From: Paramoeba atlantica
Lineage: Eukaryota; Protista; Discosea
Length of the DNA: 64,000 nucleotides
Direction of reading: 5' to 3'
Assembly: GCA_977017575.1 (NCBI GenBank)
Contig: CDRNVI010000015.1
Coordinates: 124,001-188,000 of the forward strand
Made by a program: the position numbers and the translations under genes. This document shows positions 10,825 to 21,034 of this stretch, piece after piece. How positions within the stretch are numbered: the stretch's first letter is position 1; the number at the start of each line of letters is the position of its first letter. The notes beneath the pieces are model-generated. The model made no database searches and was not told where the DNA came from. It saw only the letters and a program-made list of their open reading frames with translations.

Positions 10825-11085
10825 CTCCATCCGCTGCATTCGCATAAAGCACCTCGGAAGATTCCATGACTCGAACTTCATAAATATCTTCCTTCGCCTG
10901 ATGCTGTGACGGTCAATAGGGATTGGGGAAGTTTGAATGCGAACGCACAATTTTTCTGGTATTCCAGTGTTCTTACATAAAGTGTATGTGTTCATGACGT
11001 TGTTTTATGACCTAACTAGTAGGCGTTGTTTTACGGCATATTTGATATTTTATATGGTTTTTGTAGGTTCAAAGCTTTATAAATA

Positions 11086-11135
11086 ATATTTTCTTATAAT
11101 ATTTTCCTATAATGTTTCCTATAATATTTCCTATA
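11086..11135. repeat. 12-bp minisatellite (ATATTTCCTATA) split by the transposon; continues at 12677-12706
   Basis: Four units left and two-plus units right of the element; phase is continuous across the TA target. Confidence 0.85.
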
Positions 11136-12674
11136 CTGTGACCCCCCCTTTAATAGAGACACCCCCTCAGACCCCCCTTTAATGGAGACAAAATTAGGGG
11201 AAGAATTTTTTGGATGGAGCTATTTTTTTTTTGGGGGGGGGGGCGAAGTGGATAAGAAAATTTGGATTGTCCCTTAAAAAGGGAAGAAAAATTAGAATTC
11301 ACTGAACATTCTATTTGTCGCTTCGCTAAATGCGGTGGTTGTTTTCAAAATAGACTGCCGGGGAGGGAGCGGAGTTGAGGACGGCGCCTATTTCGTCCAA
11401 CTGACAATTATGTAGGGAGGTGAATTCACTATCTTTTCCCAGAACTGACAAATAAACAGGGGGTGGGCGGTGACAAATAGATGTATGTAGGGGGGTGACG
11501 ATAGATGTACATAGTTGCTATATACAGCATATATACTGCATAGATGTATCATAGTTGCTATATACAGTTGCTATATATAGTTGCTATATGTAGATGAACC
11601 CCTCCTACCCTGGAGCTGTTAATTATTGACTTCCTCTTATAGGAGGATAAGTCAGATGTGTGCCCTCTATGGTTGAGATTACTCCTGTGTTGGCACAGAT
11701 GCTTCGAGCATCAGCATTCGCACAGCGGACCTAGGCTGGAACTAGGGGGCTGGAACTAGGCTGGAACTACTACTACTATATAGATAAGGGGTTGGGGGTA
11801 TGATCTCGTGTGATCTCACGTGATCTCGCATTAACTCGCGTGATCTCGTCTTGGGCCTAACCCGCAGCCCCTCAAATGTAGGGGGGATAAAATCCTTTGG
11901 AAGGCAGAGTGCGGAATTTCAACCGCGGCTCTCGAATATCCGTTGTTTCTTAATAGTCAGAGCGTCATGTAACCCCTGAAACCGCACTCTCGATGGCAAA
12001 GTGACCGCTCCAAGGAAAAAGAGCAAGTATGCACCCATTTTACCAAAAATAAGAACCATTCTATTTTTTAACGTATAGTGGTTCCAATTGAACTTCCCCC
12101 CGGCGGAATTCGAACAAAAGCTTTTTTGTCCGTTTTTGCTCATTTTTGTTGCAAACGAGAGATCTCGTTTCGCTAGTGAAGCGCTTTGGCACCTTTTTTT
12201 CCCTAGTGCTCATATGGTGACCCGAAAAACAGCCCAAACAAAATTCTTGATGAATACGAACCTTGGAAGGAAGTCTAAAACCATATGTTTCTGACCCAGG
12301 GGGTACCAGGGGGTCCCTACAAAAAAAGGGCAGCAAATCGCTTAACCAGGAAAACGAAATCTATCCAATGCTGCGAAAAAGAAGAAAAACTGATAAAAAA
12401 ACTCAAAATTCCGCGGCGGGGAAGATATCTTGAAACCACTCTACTTTTGTTCCTCACCACGTTTTCGCATTAACACGACTTTTGTTGACACAACATTTGT
12501 CGCCTCGACTTTTGTTGAGATAACTTTTTAGCCCCCTGTAAGGAAAGGCTTCTGAAACTGAGGCGCCGCGAAGCGGCGCCAATTTTTTTTTCCTGTTTCG
12601 GATTTTCATTTCATCCCCCCCTTTAATAGAGACAAATGACGAAATTGTGTCTACATTAAAGGGGGGGGTCACAG
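11136..12674. mobile_element. Non-autonomous TIR element (Tc1/mariner-type, TA TSD), 1539 bp
   Basis: ~27-bp TIR CTGTGACCCCCCCTTTAATAGAGACAC, TA on both sides (11134-35, 12675-76), subterminal copies of the TIR motif near 11172 and 12615; no transposase ORF recognised. Confidence 0.85.
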
Positions 12675-12744
12675 TAATATTTCCTATAACATTTCCTATA
12701 ATATTTTTGACAGAGATTATCAGCATATTTGTTTCTACTATAAA

Positions 12745-13044
12745 ATGGTCTATACCAGTTGGAAGTGCGATCGTTACCTTATTTTCGCACCGAAATATCA
12801 CGCGTCCTGGCAAGCCATGCCCATGATCGGCTACTTTGTAAGTGGTGTACTGGTGTGGAAATACTTCGCATTCAACACTGAGGAAACAGAAAGACGCAAT
12901 GCGTGGTGGAGCGGATATCCCTGGTGGAGAGACCCCATAACATTGCGAAAGGAAGTGAAATACAAGCAAATGATTAGAGACAATGATGTGGATATATCCG
13001 AGGCAAAGTGGACGGGGGTAGAGAAAAGCAAACTGGTTCATTGA
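12745..13044 (+). CDS. Kinetoplastid mitochondrial F1Fo ATP synthase membrane subunit (i/j-like)
   Basis: MVYTSWKCDR...EETERRNAWWSGYPWWRDPI...KYKQMIRDNDVDISEAKWTG closely resembles the T. brucei ATP synthase small subunit as I recall it. Confidence 0.7.
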   Translation: MVYTSWKCDRYLIFAPKYHASWQAMPMIGYFVSGVLVWKYFAFNTEETERRNAWWSGYPWWRDPITLRKEVKYKQMIRDNDVDISEAKWTGVEKSKLVH

Positions 13045-13339
13045 ACCAGCCGCCATACTTTGACGGAACCGGAGGAGATGGTGGGTACGCTCAGGTGGGT
13101 AGGGTATTTGTAAAAAGGTGTGAAACAGAGACTGGAAGTTGGAAAACTCAATTACGATTTCGAAAACGCTATACACGCTGTATACAATTTTGCTAACGTT
13201 TCCCAGGATGAAACAATTCTTGAAAACCTCCTTTTGGTTTCTTTGGAATTGGTTTCTTTAGTGTTGCAGCTTGTAAGAAAACATCACGCTTTTTATGTCT
13301 AGCTTAAAATTTACTTTTCTCTTGTATTTTACATAAAGA

Positions 13340-13756
13340 ATGGTAGGCTGCAAAGGAGCCAAGGCGAACAAATTTCGTATCACACTGGGTCTCCCCGTTG
13401 GGGCGATTATGAACTGCAGTGACAATACGGGGGCGCGCAATCTATATATTATTGCCGTAAAGGGAATCCGTGGTCGGCTTAACAGACTGCCCGCCGCCGC
13501 AGTCGGCGACGTCGTATTGGCCACAGTAAAGAGCGGCAAACCGGAACTCCGCAAGAAAGTGCTCCCTGCGGTGGTCATACGGCAACGACAAAAGTGGAGA
13601 CGGAAGGACGGCACCGTGATCTACTTTGAGGACAACGCAGGAGTGATTGTGAATCCGAAGGGGGAGATGAAGGGATCAGGTATTGCCGGGCCTGTGGCAA
13701 AGGAATGTGCTGATCTCTGGCCGAAGATCTCGACAAATGCACCTGCAATAGTGTAA
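13340..13756 (+). CDS. RPL23: 60S ribosomal protein uL14 (L23)
   Basis: [18 protein letters not shown]...[28 protein letters not shown]; kinetoplastid-like C-terminus. Confidence 0.98.
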   Translation: MVGCKGAKANKFRITLGLPVGAIMNCSDNTGARNLYIIAVKGIRGRLNRLPAAAVGDVVLATVKSGKPELRKKVLPAVVIRQRQKWRRKDGTVIYFEDNAGVIVNPKGEMKGSGIAGPVAKECADLWPKISTNAPAIV

Positions 13757-14069
13757 TTATTGCAAGTAGAAAGTATCGAAGTAGTGAAAATTGCTCACCT
13801 AAATTAGCGCAAAAGGAAGGAGAAAGAATAAAATGAAGGGAAGGAAGGGAAGGAACAGCAATACGTTCCATACTATACCAATACTATACCAGCATATCAT
13901 TTACTGTATCGATATTTGAACACTGATTGCAAACTGTTTTGCAAATCGTGAATGAAGTCATCTAAAAAAATTCGGACTTGTCTTAGATCGTTACACGTAT
14001 TACATTGCACAGAATACAATTTATTTCCCTTATTCTTGTTAAGGAGTTTTTGGAAAATTCTTTCACTAC

Positions 14070-14771
14070 ATGTCGAAATCTGTTTTAATTTACGGTGGTT
14101 GCGGAGCCCTAGGTAGGGCATGTGTAACACACTTCGTCAGTAAGGGATGGAATACTATCAGCGCGGACATCCATGAAAATTCGGAAGCGTCTTCTAATGT
14201 TATTGTTCCTTCATTTCGTTTCGCTACAACGAACACTGAGCTTGACGATTTCTTTTCTGCGATGCCTGAGCTTCATTGTATACTGAATGTGGCGGGAGGC
14301 TGGCAGGGTGGCAGTGCTGCCTCAAAGCATTTGGTGCGCAATGTCGATTTGTCGTACACTCAGAGCGTTGTGAGTTCCACATACTGTACGGAAATAGCGG
14401 CACGTAAGCTCTTGGGAGGTGGGTTATTGTTGCTTCCCGGCGCCGCTGCGGCACTTCAGCCGACTCCGAAAATGTTAGGCTACGGGATGGGAAAAGCAGC
14501 AGTTCATCATCTCGTACGTAGCTTGGCCGAACCCGAATCCTGCGGACTGCGTGTAAACTGTTGCACGATCGGGTTGCTGCCTATTACCCTCGACACAGCG
14601 CAGAATCGTGCTTCGATGCCAAATGCAGATTTCAATGAGTGGACACCCTTGAACGAGGTGGCATGGGTGGTGCAGCAGTGGGCGGCCGACCCTGAGACCC
14701 GTCCGCAAAGCGGTAGTCTGGCTGTATTTCGAACACGAGAGGGGCGAACTCGTGTGGCATATGAGCAGTAA
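14070..14771 (+). CDS. QDPR: Quinonoid dihydropteridine reductase
   Basis: VLIYGGCGALG, NVAGGWQGG, YGMGKAAVHHL, PITLDTAQNRASMPNADFNEWTPL. Confidence 0.95.
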   Translation: MSKSVLIYGGCGALGRACVTHFVSKGWNTISADIHENSEASSNVIVPSFRFATTNTELDDFFSAMPELHCILNVAGGWQGGSAASKHLVRNVDLSYTQSVVSSTYCTEIAARKLLGGGLLLLPGAAAALQPTPKMLGYGMGKAAVHHLVRSLAEPESCGLRVNCCTIGLLPITLDTAQNRASMPNADFNEWTPLNEVAWVVQQWAADPETRPQSGSLAVFRTREGRTRVAYEQ

Positions 14772-15283
14772 AAAGCTTTACGCCGATCAATTTCTTTTCT
14801 TTTGATTCGCGCTACGCAATCAGTGCAAGTACGCGCAATTCATAGATGATGGCGTACTCTTCTATTAATGTACACTACTTGGGCAATATGCTGGCGTGTG
14901 TAGAGGTGCTGATGGAGCCTTTTCTAGTTTTTGATACGCTTCGTATTGTTATATCGTATGCCATGCTATGTATTTATTTTAAATAAATACATAAATTAAT
15001 ACATAAATTAATACATAAATAAATTCTTTGTGTCCCTTGTCTAAAGGTCGTATGCTAAATCCATCGTTGCACCCTGAATGTAAAGTGAAGTTCAGTATTC
15101 ATCTTATTCGGAATTTCATTTCCTCGTAAAAGCGTATTGTACATATTGTATATCAGTTTGTACCATTTACACCACTTACTCTTCTTTCGAATTTTAATAG
15201 GTTATTTATGAAGATATTTCTGTTCGAAAATTCGTGTACGCACTTACTTACACCGTGCCGTTTCGCCAAAACCAGGGGCACTA

Positions 15284-15400
15284 TTTCTTTTTTAGGCTCT
15301 TCGTTAAACGCGGTGGTTGCTTTCAACTTAGAAGTCACTCGTGCTGCGCGCTTCGCGTTGAAAACTACCTCCGCGTTTAACGAAGAGCCTAAAAAAGAAA
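15284..15400. repeat. Palindromic MITE-like element, 44-bp arms (family copy 1)
   Basis: 15284-15327 is the near-perfect reverse complement of 15357-15400; homologous copy at 22191-22277. Confidence 0.8.
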
Positions 15401-15867
15401 ATTTAGCCTGGAAAACGGAAAGATTATAGCCAAAAATAGCCGAATTTCGGGTACAAATGGGGTGATTTTCGCATATTTTTGCTCTCAGAGCACTAAATCC
15501 GACATTTGCGCGTGGGAAATCACTCGCAGGCATGAATGAAAGCCTACCGAACGTATTGGGTAGAGAATGCGACTCCAACCATACCATTCTTTCGACACAA
15601 AAATGCCCCTTTAGGTCCGAAAAATACTTTTTCACCTTTTTTAGTCAAAAATGGGTCATTTTGGGGGGCGCACCACAGTTCGAAGAAGTGATACCTTGCG
15701 AAAACAACTGCGTAGAAAGCTAGTGTAGGTCCCAAACTATCAAAATACAATAGGGGAAACGATTTTGGAAAAATATTTTCTTTGTCATTTTTTTCGCCAA
15801 GTTAAAATTTTTTTCAAAAATTTTTTTCCGAAAAAATCCGAACTTGGCGGACCCGTCCTGCGGATAC

Positions 15868-16177
15868 GCGGGGGGGTCACCCCCGGGTAGGGGGGTGGAA
15901 AATGCGCGCCAAGACCCCGGCTACCCTTTCTGCGGTTTTTTTTCGAAAACTAATTTTTTCGAAAAAATTTGCTCGACCATGCCCCCCCCCCCTGGACCCC
16001 CCCCATGGACCCCCCATTTTTTTCAAAAAATTTTTTCAGTTTTGGACCACCGGAGCCCCCTTTTATATTTTTTTCTTCTATTATATTACTGTGTTCCTCT
16101 TTATATTTTCACTGTTTTTGTTCACTTTTTTTTCAATAATCGAGTGTAGAGCGGTAGTTTTACAACCACCGCAATAA
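15868..16177. repeat. Dispersed ~310-350 bp repeat (copy 1), ending in the dyad GCGGTAGTT-N4-AACCACCGC
   Basis: Aligns by eye to 57528-57880 and in part, inverted, to 59327-59470. Confidence 0.85.
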
Positions 16178-16186
16178 CGTATAATA

Positions 16187-16581
16187 CAGTGCGTGGTGTT
16201 ACTACGGGACGGGTTAATTACGGGACGGGTTAATTACGGGACGGGTTAATTACGGGACGGGTTAATTACGGGACGGGTTAATTACGGGACGGGTATTTAA
16301 GGGACAATATGGGGGTCGGGTCATATATTTGGAATGGGACAAAAGAACTACAAGTGTAGCTCCCAAATCACAGAGCGCGCAAGTTATCAAGCACACATAA
16401 AAATGTTTTTGTAAGATAAGGGAACGAAAAAGGAGACAAGTAAAGGAAGATAATGGAAAGAAAAAGGTATATTAGGGCCTTGAAAAAAAAGGAGAATTAA
16501 AGGACGGTTAATTACGGGACACTTTGGCCTTGATGGGGGGTGTCCCTTAATTAACCCGTCCCGTAATAAGGCCCCGCACTG
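16187..16581. mobile_element. MITE (Tc1/mariner-type, CAGT ends, TA TSD), 395 bp, with six 16-bp subterminal repeats
   Basis: TA|CAGTGCGTGG...GGCCCCGCACTG|TA; ~40-bp imperfect TIR; TACGGGACGGGTTAAT-type unit at 16203, 16219, 16235, 16251, 16267, 16283. Confidence 0.88.
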
Positions 16582-16754
16582 TACGTGGTTTACAATAAGT
16601 GGGAGGAGCACACTACTATATATACTTTGATAAATTTTATAATTAAGCTGAAGCTACTGCATTTGTAGAGTACTTGCCCCACATGACCAGCTCTCTTATT
16701 TTTTGATGCACTTCGAAATCAACTATATCACCGTTTGTTGATCTATTTCGACTG

Positions 16755-17414
16755 ATGACGAATTATTCTGATGGGCGGTGGACCCCTGAGGAACTTGCCG
16801 TTTTGCAGACCGTATTTAGTGATGTATCACAAATTAAGCTGATGGATCTGGTCGAGGAAGCTAGAATACAACTCGTGCAGCAGCTTCGCTCGTATCGCGA
16901 TCCAAAACGAATAAAGGCTTATTTTCTATTGTTCTCACGTCGCATGAAAAGAACTACGAGCTCGATCGTTTCTCAAGCACCCATACGAAATCGTCATGCT
17001 CCATCAATATATAGCGAGAAGGAAGAAACCGAATCCCCAAGGGATGAGATGAGCGTGGAAGCAGGCGTCAAATTTTCCATCTCTTCGCGCTCTGTGCCTG
17101 TGAATGCTGCGCGATCACGTCCCTGTTTGCTACATTGTAAATTAGGTCACGTTCTGCGACTTGATCGCATGGAAAGTGGGGAACTTGAAGTATATTTGAA
17201 CCTTATTTACCAAGCATTGCTTAATCATAAAAGCAAAAGAGAAATCGGTACTGCGACAGTCGACGTGCTAGACGAAATTATGAGATTGTTCCCCGAGTTC
17301 TGTGTATATGCTGAAACACCTTACATTCTGAAGGAATTTCTGAAAAAATTGTGCAGGCAGATCGACAGAAATGGAAATGTTGGACTTGTTGATTTCGCAT
17401 TTAGCAATTGTTAG
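16755..17414 (+). CDS. Hypothetical protein, possible N-terminal Myb/SANT-like motif
   Basis: 219-aa ATG ORF on the coding strand; RWTPEELAVL...RDPKRIKAYF is only weakly Myb-like. Confidence 0.7.
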   Translation: MTNYSDGRWTPEELAVLQTVFSDVSQIKLMDLVEEARIQLVQQLRSYRDPKRIKAYFLLFSRRMKRTTSSIVSQAPIRNRHAPSIYSEKEETESPRDEMSVEAGVKFSISSRSVPVNAARSRPCLLHCKLGHVLRLDRMESGELEVYLNLIYQALLNHKSKREIGTATVDVLDEIMRLFPEFCVYAETPYILKEFLKKLCRQIDRNGNVGLVDFAFSNC

Positions 17415-17753
17415 GTGAAAACATTTTTGGGAACACGCTAATTATGAAAGTAGACACTACATGTGCACTATGTGCACTATTTTTCTTGTGTTTCGATCTT
17501 ATACTGTAGATCGAAAGATGGCATAGTTAATACTAGTTCACCTAGTACTAGTTCACTTAAAAAGTTGATCGCGGCTCTCAACGTGCGTATAAACCTTTGA
17601 GTGTTCAAAGGCTTTTTTACAAGAAACATATGAAGGAAGAGATATTAATTAAACGTCAATTTTATGGTTCGGAAACGTTGGCTGCACTCTTGGTTCATGT
17701 ACAACTATTTTAGAGCGCGTTGCTATGGTGAACTGAAAACTGTGGGATAATCT

Positions 17754-18629
17754 ATGGGTATCGCGTTTTCGCTTCCCCCTCGGGCCGCACGTTCATGTTC
17801 CAAGACTGGTGAATACAGCACGGGAGTGTCTCGCAGCACACAAACTTCTATGGATTCCACACGATCCGTTTCTCCCAAAGAAATACATTCAGTGGGCAAA
17901 CCGTCTCACATCACGCGTAGCGATGTGACCACTGGCATCAAGTCAAATCAGCCTACTGGAAGCGAACTTTGCCCCGCATTGGGGAACGGTCTGGGAATTC
18001 CCATCTCGAGTCCCACTATTTTTCACGCGAGTAGTGCAGCTACCCCATCCCAGGATCTTACAGTTCGCCAAAACGCTGCCTATGAGCGTGGCCGTCGAGA
18101 TGGAATGGAACTTGCAACCGGTGAGGCACGAGCTCGAGGTAGTGGAGATCTGTGGCTAATGGGAGGTACATGCATCTGCGTGCTGTGCACCATAGGGCTC
18201 ATTTTCTTACGTAAAGCGCAACTTACGCTTCGTCAAATGGAACACATGCGTCAGGATTCTACCACGCTTCTTCACCTCAAGGAAAAGGAGCTCTCCACGG
18301 AACAGGCACAGATTCAACACCTGCAAGGAATGCATCGTGAGTATCTCGCGAGGTGTCAGAAACAGGTCGCTGTAATTTCTAGACTCCGCAAACGGCAGCA
18401 TGCCCTAGCTCGAATGCTTCGAAACCGTGAGGTGTCGGAAACGCTGCAACAAAAGAAACATAAGCATGCTATCACATCTTTCTATGAAGAGAAAATAGGT
18501 ATCGCAGATGCAAGCTTCAAGGAAAGGTTTGCTGAATATCAAGTTAAGGAAGCGCTAAATATGCTGGCAGGGGCGCTTATGTGCCTCTCCATGTGGATAT
18601 CCTTTCAACTAGGACTGGCATGTGGCTAA
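17754..18629 (+). CDS. Hypothetical membrane protein with coiled coil
   Basis: 291-aa ORF; hydrophobic stretch near aa 135-152, coiled-coil-like region, hydrophobic C-terminus. Confidence 0.75.
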   Translation: MGIAFSLPPRAARSCSKTGEYSTGVSRSTQTSMDSTRSVSPKEIHSVGKPSHITRSDVTTGIKSNQPTGSELCPALGNGLGIPISSPTIFHASSAATPSQDLTVRQNAAYERGRRDGMELATGEARARGSGDLWLMGGTCICVLCTIGLIFLRKAQLTLRQMEHMRQDSTTLLHLKEKELSTEQAQIQHLQGMHREYLARCQKQVAVISRLRKRQHALARMLRNREVSETLQQKKHKHAITSFYEEKIGIADASFKERFAEYQVKEALNMLAGALMCLSMWISFQLGLACG

Positions 18630-18859
18630 ACGTAACTAGTTTAAAGCAGCGGCGCACTATTTTTTAATAGTCATGTCCTTGTACTTTGTAAGTACACGAA
18701 ATTTTTACAAATTTGTATATAAAAAAAAGTTGTATATGATTCGTAGAAACCAAGGAAAATTGTACGTATATTGGGCAGTGATTACGTTTTTTGAAATGGC
18801 GTCTAAATTCTAGTATTTCTTGGATCAATTTTTTTCTATACATACGAGTAAATCCGAAG

Positions 18860-20818
18860 ATGGCTGTAAACAAGATACAAAAAGAATTAAAGAAAACTTC
18901 TATAAGCGTATCACCTGATCCCGCTTCCAAGTACTCTGACGTTAATCTTTCTGCAAAGACTGTATTCGAGGATCTGGAAATAGCTCCTCGTCTTTTGCAG
19001 GGTGTTAAAGCTATGAATTTAACAGAACCGACCGCCATTCAAAGCGCGGCATGGAAAAGCGTTACAGATCCTGATTGTCGTGACATTGTAATACACGCTG
19101 AAACAGGAAGTGGCAAGACTCTCAGTTATCTTCTTCCTCTCGTGAATTTGCTTTTGCGGGAGAACAAGCTAGACGGCCAACCCCCAATAACGCGCTCGAT
19201 GGGTGTACTTTTACTTGTGTTGGTTCCCACTCGCGAGTTGGTCACACAGGTGTTAAACGTATGCCGCACTCTATTGCGGTATATTCCCTTTCTCATTCCA
19301 GGGTGTGTAATGGGCGGTGAGGCAAAGACAAAAGAGAAGGCGCGACTACGTAGAGGGAACCATATATTGGTCGCGACACCGGGCCGACTTTTGGATCACA
19401 TGCGCAGTACACAGAGTTTTATATTGTCGCATCTAAAGTTCATTGCGTTAGACGAAGCTGACCGCCTACTCAGCGAGGGCTTCGAACAAGACATTAGAAC
19501 TTTTAGTGAAATTATAGGAGACAAACTTGGTGATAAAGAGCTCTGCAAGAAAATTCTGATTTCCGCAACGCTGACGTCTTCGGTACTTCGGCTAACTCAC
19601 TTCATGCTGCGAAACCCGACTGTAGTACGTGTAGGAAGTGAACAGGGGAGCATTGATAGTACGAAACTTGCGCAATGTCAAACGATGAAGAGTGATTCCA
19701 TAGGTGCCGGCATGCCCCATACAGTGATTGATAGAGAGAGCATCATCATACCTAGTGCACTCGAACAAGCTTACGTTATTTGTCCAGCGAAGCATCGTTG
19801 TGTTATCCTGATTGCATTTTTGTTTGATCACCTTTTTCGCGATTCAATACCATCCGACCATGCGCGGTATGAAGTGAATCCCCCTGTAGGAAAAGTTATT
19901 GTTTTTGTAAATACAACGGCCGAAGTGGAATTCCTATATCTTTTGCTTTCAAAGTTGTCAGTACCTTCCCTATGGAACTCAACACGACATGCTACTCGAT
20001 TTTCTTCACACAATTCCGTAGATGGTGGGGATGAAGGTATTTGGCATTCTGGTCAAAACACAGTTTTGGGCTCCAGCAACACAGAAGATTTTACTCTTTT
20101 TCGGCATGTCAATGTTTACCAATTGCATGGTTCCATGACGCAAAATGACCGAAATGCTGTTTTCAAATCTTTTGACGCGCAAATTAGTGGAGTACTTGTT
20201 TGCACCGATGTGGCCGCAAGAGGTTTGGACATTGCCGAGGTCCAAAGCGTAGTTCACTATGATCCCCCACTCGACGAGACGATGTACATTCACAGAACAG
20301 GACGTACAGCTCGTATGGGTCATAAAGGTAGCTCTTGTATTTTTCTTTTACCGCACGAGGCTGAGTTTGTTGATCATTTGCTTTCTCTTGGTGTTGTCGT
20401 AGAGCGCAAGAGTCACTTTAACTGGTTATATGGTTTATTACGTGCCAGTGGTCTTTCCAAGACTAATACTATATGGGACTGTGCTCATCAACTGCAGCAA
20501 GAAGTCCAAGGAGTTGTCGGACGGAACCAGAGAGTAAATAGTGCTGCAACTTCCGCATTTATCCAATGGAGAGCGGCCTATTCAACTTACGCATCTCACT
20601 TACGCAAGTTTTTTGATGCAAAAGAGATTCATCTCGGATTTCTTGCACGTTCTTTTGGGCTTGCAATGCCTCCAAGCCAGATAGGACGTTTTGCAATGAA
20701 AAACAACACACTGGAAGGCAAACGAGGCAAATCCTATCCAGAGTACGGTGAATGTAGCAAGAAGAAAAAAATTGATACTGCTGTTCGAGATAATTCTTCG
20801 CTTTCTGAATTTATGTAA
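18860..20818 (+). CDS. DDX31: DEAD-box RNA helicase DDX31/Dbp7-like
   Basis: AETGSGKTLSY, PTREL, TPGRLLDH, DEAD, SAT, HRTGRTAR, IHLGFLARSFGL; first ATG at 18860. Confidence 0.9.
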   Translation: MAVNKIQKELKKTSISVSPDPASKYSDVNLSAKTVFEDLEIAPRLLQGVKAMNLTEPTAIQSAAWKSVTDPDCRDIVIHAETGSGKTLSYLLPLVNLLLRENKLDGQPPITRSMGVLLLVLVPTRELVTQVLNVCRTLLRYIPFLIPGCVMGGEAKTKEKARLRRGNHILVATPGRLLDHMRSTQSFILSHLKFIALDEADRLLSEGFEQDIRTFSEIIGDKLGDKELCKKILISATLTSSVLRLTHFMLRNPTVVRVGSEQGSIDSTKLAQCQTMKSDSIGAGMPHTVIDRESIIIPSALEQAYVICPAKHRCVILIAFLFDHLFRDSIPSDHARYEVNPPVGKVIVFVNTTAEVEFLYLLLSKLSVPSLWNSTRHATRFSSHNSVDGGDEGIWHSGQNTVLGSSNTEDFTLFRHVNVYQLHGSMTQNDRNAVFKSFDAQISGVLVCTDVAARGLDIAEVQSVVHYDPPLDETMYIHRTGRTARMGHKGSSCIFLLPHEAEFVDHLLSLGVVVERKSHFNWLYGLLRASGLSKTNTIWDCAHQLQQEVQGVVGRNQRVNSAATSAFIQWRAAYSTYASHLRKFFDAKEIHLGFLARSFGLAMPPSQIGRFAMKNNTLEGKRGKSYPEYGECSKKKKIDTAVRDNSSLSEFM

Positions 20819-20854
20819 GAGGTTAATCATGATCACCAGAAGTAGATAGCGCAC

Positions 20855-20920
20855 GTGCTCTCATCGGGCGTGGCGATCGGTATTACCATGACCGTCAAGC
20901 ACAAATAGAGCACAAGATAA
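20855..20920 (+). ncRNA. Candidate single-hairpin H/ACA-like (AGA-box) snoRNA
   Basis: 7-bp lower stem GTGCTCT/AGAGCAC, internal loop CATCGG/ACAAAT, upper stem, AGA at 20915 exactly 14 nt from the upper stem. Confidence 0.55.
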
Positions 20921-21034
20921 AAAGAATTACACCTTATTACGGTGCCAACAACATGTTGGATGGTTACGACTTAAACAAAGCTTTGAACCAAAAGTAAGAT
21001 CTAACATGTTTTAATTTTTTGTACACTTACGATC

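Noticed and set aside
10484-10909. 141-aa ORF overlapping the small basic ORF
   Set aside because: GTG start, AT-rich UTR-like N-terminal composition, alternative frame of 10633-10824.
16203-16293. CRISPR-like array of 16-bp repeats
   Set aside because: Repeats are contiguous with no unique spacers, lie inside a TA-flanked MITE, and the context is eukaryotic with no cas genes.
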